IMG/VR virus record: IMGVR_UViG_3300017917_001123
Coordinates: 62,001-126,000 of that record
Reading direction: 5' to 3' (one strand)
Length of the DNA stretch: 64,000 nucleotides
Shown here: positions 59,353 to 64,000 of the stretch, in pieces
Layout of the letters: each line of letters begins with the position of its first letter
Position numbering within the stretch: the stretch's first letter is position 1
Notes under the pieces: model-generated
Database searches by the model: none
What the model was told of the DNA's origin: nothing
Seen by the model: only the letters and a program-made list of their open reading frames with translations
Translations under genes and position numbers: made by a program

Positions 59353-59421
59353 TATTTAACCTGGTAAATAAAGTACCAAGATAATAAAAAGTCTTGACTT
59401 GTTATTATTTTCTGTTATAAT
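59353..59421. promoter_or_regulatory. divergent promoter region: back-to-back TAAATA boxes plus sigma70 promoter
   Basis: TATTTA 59353-58 (- strand late box); TAAATA 59365-70 (+); TTGACT 59394-99 with extended -10 TGTTATAAT 59413-21. Confidence 0.7.
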
Positions 59422-59443
59422 ATTAGTGGGAGATTCTATACTA

Positions 59444-60364
59444 ATGACAACAACAATAACAACTACAAGAAAAGTCAAGTACCTTAATAACCGCGACTTG
59501 CTCGCAGAAATTCACAAAAGCAAGAACTCGTTTAGTAGCTTTACAAAGCAGGAATATAGCCAGTACGACATTATTTTACCAAGTTTAGACAAAATTAATA
59601 TCCGTACAATCGCTGATGCTAAACGTGCTAGAGCAAAACGTATGGGCATTGAAGCATTTAATGCCGCAAGAGCCGCAGGTGATAAAAAGGTAAAACTAGC
59701 TGAACTAACGCCAGACTACAAAACCATTGCTAAGACAGACGTTATTATAAGAATTATGACGTTTGAGCACATTCCGCTAGCACCGGGTAGAAAGAAAACA
59801 ACTAAAACAACTGCCGACGCTCACGAAAAAGTAAATTTTCCACCATTCCAACATTGGAAGTTTGATGATAATGACAACCTAGAGTGCGTAGGTAAAAGTC
59901 ACTGGAAGGGCGGAATTAAGACAGGCAAGTTTTCAAAGGATCACGGACGCATTACTGAAAACTTAGGAAAGATGTTTATTAAACTAAGCGAACGTTATGC
60001 TCAAAGATCGAACTGGCGCGGTTATACCTACATCGACGAAATGAAGGGGCAGGCAATTTTACAGCTGAGTCAAATCGGTCTACAGTTTGATGAGTCCAAA
60101 TCCGAAAACCCGTTTGCTTACTATACTGCCGCAGTTACTAATAGCTTTACCAGAATTCTTAATATTGAGAAGAAGAGTCAAAACATTAGGGACGACTTGT
60201 TAGAACAGAACGGTTTAACCCCATCAATGACTAGACAAAACAGTCAAGAGTTTGCCGAGGAAATTGCTCGCCAAGCAGAACTTTACAAAAATATGCGTAT
60301 GCCTAAGTCTGAAGAAGAACCAGTTGAAGAAGAGGGCAACGAAGAAGGAGAAGAGCAGGCTTGA
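59444..60364 (+). CDS. gp55: late-transcription sigma factor gp55
   Basis: YLNNRDLL, NWRGYTYIDEM, FDESKSENPFAYYT, FTRILNIEKK; canonical position before gp47/gp46. The ORF-track TTG at 59399 lies in the promoter. Confidence 0.88.
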   Translation: MTTTITTTRKVKYLNNRDLLAEIHKSKNSFSSFTKQEYSQYDIILPSLDKINIRTIADAKRARAKRMGIEAFNAARAAGDKKVKLAELTPDYKTIAKTDVIIRIMTFEHIPLAPGRKKTTKTTADAHEKVNFPPFQHWKFDDNDNLECVGKSHWKGGIKTGKFSKDHGRITENLGKMFIKLSERYAQRSNWRGYTYIDEMKGQAILQLSQIGLQFDESKSENPFAYYTAAVTNSFTRILNIEKKSQNIRDDLLEQNGLTPSMTRQNSQEFAEEIARQAELYKNMRMPKSEEEPVEEEGNEEGEEQA

Positions 60365-60390
60365 TTTGCCTGTTCTTCATCTGCTATACT
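60361..60390 (+). promoter_or_regulatory. putative sigma70 promoter for gp47-gp46
   Basis: TTGATT-18 nt-TATACT with TGn extension; the -35 lies in the loop of inverted repeat 60350-60378. Confidence 0.45.
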
Positions 60391-60408
60391 AACACACAGG
60401 AGGACTGA

Positions 60409-61422
60409 ATGGGTCTATTCAAAAAAGTAGCGTGTTTTACCGATATACATTTTGGTTTAAAATCTAACAGCCAAATACACAATCAAGATTGTGAAGAGTT
60501 TGTTGACTGGTTCATCGAAACAGCAAAAAAGGAAGGGTGCGACACCGCAATTTTCCTGGGCGACTGGCATCATAACCGCAACAGCATTAACCTAGTTACA
60601 CTGGATTCTAGCATTAGATGTTTAGAAAAACTAGGAGCGGCCTTTGATCAATTCTTTTGGTTCCCCGGTAATCACGATTTATTTTACAAAGACAAGCGAG
60701 ATGTTCACAGCTCTGCCTTTGGTAGACACATTCCGGGTGTTACTGTTGTTGAAAAGGTAACAACAGTTAACGATGTAACTCTTGTTCCGTGGTTAGTCGG
60801 TGAAGAGTGGAAGAATATCAGCAAAGTTAAGAGCAAATATATGTTCGGTCACTTTGAACTTCCCTTATTTTACATGAACGCAATGGTTCAAATGCCTGAT
60901 CACGGCGAGCTCCAAGTTGAGCATTTCCAGCATCAAGATTATGTATTCTCAGGACACTTCCACAAACGACAGTCTCGTGATAAAATTCACTATATTGGTA
61001 ACGCTTTCCCGCACAACTTTGCGGATACTTGGGATGACTCAAGAGGAATGATGGTATTAGAATGGGGCGGTGAACCAACATATATAGATTGGCCTGACTG
61101 TCCAAAGTTCAGAACTATCAAACTGAGCGAGCTTATTGATAAAGCAGACGAGGTTCTAAAGTCAAAAATGTATCTTAAGGTACATCTAGACTGCGACATA
61201 ACATATGAAGAAGCAAACTTCATTAAAGAAAACTACATGACGCAGTATGATATCCGAGAACTTAGCCTTATTCAAGAAAAGAATAACATAGAAGGTGTTG
61301 TTGACGATAATCCTGACGCAAAATTTGAATCAGTAGATCAAATTGTTACTGAGCAACTTGTAAGTATTGACTCAGAACAGTTTGACCAGAAACTATTACT
61401 AGACATTTACCACGGACTATAA
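60409..61422 (+). CDS. gp47: recombination endonuclease subunit (Mre11/SbcD-like)
   Basis: TDIHFG, LGDWHH, PGNHD, GHFE, SGHFH. Confidence 0.93.
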   Translation: MGLFKKVACFTDIHFGLKSNSQIHNQDCEEFVDWFIETAKKEGCDTAIFLGDWHHNRNSINLVTLDSSIRCLEKLGAAFDQFFWFPGNHDLFYKDKRDVHSSAFGRHIPGVTVVEKVTTVNDVTLVPWLVGEEWKNISKVKSKYMFGHFELPLFYMNAMVQMPDHGELQVEHFQHQDYVFSGHFHKRQSRDKIHYIGNAFPHNFADTWDDSRGMMVLEWGGEPTYIDWPDCPKFRTIKLSELIDKADEVLKSKMYLKVHLDCDITYEEANFIKENYMTQYDIRELSLIQEKNNIEGVVDDNPDAKFESVDQIVTEQLVSIDSEQFDQKLLLDIYHGL

Positions 61423-61425
61423 CGC

Positions 61426-63222
61426 ATGGCATTTAAGATTAAAGACATAACAGTTAAGAATTTTTTAAGCGTAGGTAATCAGACACAGGCTGTAGACTTT
61501 GCTAAAGAGCATCTTACACTTGTGCTGGGCGAAAACTTAGACTTAGGCGGAGATGACAGCGGATCACGTAACGGTACCGGTAAGACAACTATTGTCAATG
61601 CCCTGAGTTACGCACTCTACGGGCAGGCCCTTACAAACATCCGTAAAGAAAACTTAATCAACAAGACTAACGGTAAAGCTATGTTAGTTACTGTTGAGTT
61701 TGAAAAAGACGGCATTAGCTATCGCATCGAACGCGGTCGTAAACCTAACGTCTTAAAGTTATATGTAAACAATCAAGAGCAAAAGTCTGAAGACGCACAT
61801 CAAGAAGATGACGCACAGGGCGATAGTCGCGAAACACAAAAATACATTGATCAGCTATTAGGAATGAGCCATATGATGTTTAAGCATTTGGTTGCTTTGA
61901 ACACTTATACTGAGCCATTTTTGAGTCTTAAAGCGTCGGATCAACGAGAAATCATTGAGCAGTTACTTGGTATTACTGTGCTTTCAGAGAAGGCAGAGAA
62001 CCTTAAAACGCAAATGAAGGACACAAAAGATGCGATTACAGCAGAGTCTGCTCGCATTGAAGCTGTAAAAAATGCCAACGAAAACGTTCAAAAAAGCATT
62101 GATAGCCTAAGTATCAAGAGTTCTGCTTGGGAAACTAAGAAAGAAGAAGAGCTAGAAAGGCTAGGCAAGGCAATTTTAGAATTAAGTTCTGTGGACATTG
62201 ACGCAGAAATTAAACTACATGAAGAACTTAAGGCATGGTCTGACAAGAACAGTAAAGTTAAAGAGCTTACAAAACAAAAAGCGACTTTAGAGTCGGCGGT
62301 CGGGCAAGCAGAAAAAGCAGTTAAGAAATACGAAAAAGAATTACTCCAACTTGCTGATAAAAAGTGCCCAGCATGTGAGCAAGAGCTTCACGATCATAAG
62401 CATGAAGACATGCTGTCAAAGGCAACCAAGGACTTTGATGACGCAGTAATTTACTTTGACAAGGTTACCAAAGACTTTAAGAAAGTTGAATCCGAGTTCA
62501 ACGAAGTAAACAATTTAGGCAAAAAGCCTATTACATTCTACGAAACACTTGAAGAAGCGTACAATCACAGAAACAACCTTGCTAACTTAGAGCAAAGCCT
62601 AGAAGATACTATTAACAGAGCTAACCCTTACGTGGAACAAGTTAACGAGCTTAAGGCAACTGCTATTCAAGAAATTACTTGGGACGTAATTAACGAACTT
62701 ACTAGAATTAAGGAACACCAAGAATTCTTACACAAACTGTTGACTAACAAAGATTCGTTCATCCGCAAGAAAATTATTGACCAAAACTTGAATTATCTAA
62801 ACAAGCGTCTAAGCTATTACATTGACAAGATCGGACTGCCACATACTGTTGTGTTCCAGAACGACCTAAGTGTGTTGATTACTCAACTTGGACAAGAGCT
62901 TGACTTTGATAATCTAAGTCGAGGAGAACGCAATCGATTAATTCTATCCCTGTCATGGGCATTCCGTGATGTTTGGGAGAACTTGTATCAACACGTTAAC
63001 TTACTATTCATCGACGAGCTTATTGACGCTGGTATGGATGCGGCAGGTGTTGAAGCAGGATTGGCTGTGCTTAAGAAGATGGCTCGTGAAAGAAACAAGA
63101 ACATATACTTGATTTCGCACAAAGACGAGTTAATTGGTCGTGTTAACAACGTGCTTCATGTTGTTAAAGAGAACGGATTTACCAGTTACTCAAATGATGT
63201 GGACTACGTTGAGTCGCAATGA
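61426..63222 (+). CDS. gp46: recombination ATPase subunit (Rad50/SbcC-like)
   Basis: KNFLS, NGTGKTT, Zn-hook CPAC, signature LSRGE, LFIDE, ISH. Confidence 0.95.
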   Translation: MAFKIKDITVKNFLSVGNQTQAVDFAKEHLTLVLGENLDLGGDDSGSRNGTGKTTIVNALSYALYGQALTNIRKENLINKTNGKAMLVTVEFEKDGISYRIERGRKPNVLKLYVNNQEQKSEDAHQEDDAQGDSRETQKYIDQLLGMSHMMFKHLVALNTYTEPFLSLKASDQREIIEQLLGITVLSEKAENLKTQMKDTKDAITAESARIEAVKNANENVQKSIDSLSIKSSAWETKKEEELERLGKAILELSSVDIDAEIKLHEELKAWSDKNSKVKELTKQKATLESAVGQAEKAVKKYEKELLQLADKKCPACEQELHDHKHEDMLSKATKDFDDAVIYFDKVTKDFKKVESEFNEVNNLGKKPITFYETLEEAYNHRNNLANLEQSLEDTINRANPYVEQVNELKATAIQEITWDVINELTRIKEHQEFLHKLLTNKDSFIRKKIIDQNLNYLNKRLSYYIDKIGLPHTVVFQNDLSVLITQLGQELDFDNLSRGERNRLILSLSWAFRDVWENLYQHVNLLFIDELIDAGMDAAGVEAGLAVLKKMARERNKNIYLISHKDELIGRVNNVLHVVKENGFTSYSNDVDYVESQ

Positions 63223-63458
63223 TAAACAAGTACAAAGAACTTCACGAAAAACTAGTTGAAAAGTTTGTCGAATATCACAACGTTCATACTGCGTGGGTTC
63301 TTAGATTCTCGCAGGAGAAAACCATTACCCTGCGTCGAGTCTTAAGCGAGCTTCGCGTAATTGAAACTGAGTTACGAGCAGTAGCAAAAGAGATACAGCG
63401 TGAAGAAACAAAACGCAAACGTCAAAAATGGAATAGAGAAAAAGGAGACTCAGAATGA
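63219..63458 (+). CDS. helical basic protein, possible Hc1-like paralogue
   Basis: ATGA coupling; two-helix pattern (LRRVLSELR...LR) similar to the next gene. Confidence 0.55.
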   Translation: MINKYKELHEKLVEKFVEYHNVHTAWVLRFSQEKTITLRRVLSELRVIETELRAVAKEIQREETKRKRQKWNREKGDSE

Positions 63459-63649
63459 GCGCAACCATTGAAGCAATCAAACAAGCACTTTCCGCATGGG
63501 AAGCCGAGGATACTAAATTTGAAAAAGGCAACAATGCCGCAGGTACTCGTGCTCGTAAGGCATTAGCAGAAGTTAGCAAACTAATCAAGCAACGTCGAAA
63601 CGAAATCACAGAAACTAAGAATGCCCGCAAGGAAGCTAAAGCAGGGTAA
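63455..63649 (+). CDS. histone H1-like (Hc1-family) DNA-binding protein
   Basis: KFEKGNNAAGTRARKALAEV.KL.KQRR signature; SD AAGGAG. Confidence 0.8.
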   Translation: MSATIEAIKQALSAWEAEDTKFEKGNNAAGTRARKALAEVSKLIKQRRNEITETKNARKEAKAG

Positions 63650-64000
63650 TGACTTGGTTCTATCAAGGAACCGTTGTTAATGAGCTACCTGAAGATTGTG
63701 TTGGATTTGTCTACATTATTACGAACACAATCTCAGGTCGCAAATACATCGGAAAGAAATTAGCAAAGTTTTCAAAGACAACTTATAAAGTAGTCAAGCT
63801 AAAGAACGGTACAAAGAAGAAGAAAAAAATTCGTAGTAAAGTAGACAGTGACTGGCAAGAATATTACGGCTCATCCCCAAACCTCACAGAAGACATACAG
63901 AAACTAGGCAAAGAACACTTTCACAGAGAAATTTTACACTACTGCACATCAAAAGCACAAACATCATATCTCGAAGCCAAAGAACAATTTGAACGCAAAG
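63649..64000 (+). CDS. GIY-YIG (Seg-like) endonuclease domain protein, 3' truncated by the window
   Basis: Not in the ORF track. MTWFYQG..GFVYIITNTISGRKYIGKK...YYGSS..LGKEHFHREIL...YLE; TAATG coupling. Confidence 0.8.
   Translation, partial: MTWFYQGTVVNELPEDCVGFVYIITNTISGRKYIGKKLAKFSKTTYKVVKLKNGTKKKKKIRSKVDSDWQEYYGSSPNLTEDIQKLGKEHFHREILHYCTSKAQTSYLEAKEQFERK

Noticed and set aside
60350-60378. Terminator after gp55
   Set aside because: An 11-bp inverted repeat is present but there is no U-tract and it overlaps a putative promoter; function unclear.
63649-64000. Calling the GIY-YIG gene a mobile homing element
   Set aside because: Truncated by the window and translationally coupled within the operon; mobility cannot be judged.

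Overview
A 64-kb segment of a large T4-like (myovirus) phage genome, AT-rich and in the standard genetic code. I found no tRNA, rRNA, CRISPR array or IS. 1-23.7 kb (+ strand): Dps, a DsbA-like DNA-binding protein, family-B DNA polymerase (gp43) and a putative sliding clamp, followed directly by a translationally coupled ~11-kb nucleotide-modification cluster. The cluster contains a DpdA-type deazaguanine transglycosylase, a 2OG-Fe(II) oxygenase, an orphan, a DpdL-type QueD paralogue (LxxxHRHxF), a GT4 glycosyltransferase, a truncated UDP-sugar dehydrogenase, FolE, a purine PRTase, split HldE kinase/nucleotidyltransferase, cupins, HIT, an unannotated CDGSH [2Fe-2S] miniprotein and QueE; there is no QueC/QueF in the window. 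It is followed by RNase H, hypotheticals and a MoxR AAA+/VWA-peptidase pair. 23.8-59.3 kb (- strand): late baseplate/fibre module (four paralogous fibre proteins, a collagen/cupredoxin fibre, a 4660-aa baseplate protein, gp6, gp25, gp5-lysozyme, hub, gp53, tube initiator). 59.4-64 kb (+): gp55 late sigma, gp47/gp46, Hc1-like proteins and a truncated GIY-YIG gene. The best candidate for an undescribed system is a 7-deazaguanine DNA hypermodification pathway with a sugar-transfer arm, possibly controlled by a small pseudoknot in the folE leader. Other notable non-coding signals: a tandem 8-nt-loop operator before the polymerase RBS, a ~107-nt pseudoknotted RNA, late-promoter/RBS hairpin switches, and apparent GCWGC avoidance. 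All family calls come from motif recognition by eye; no database searches were run.
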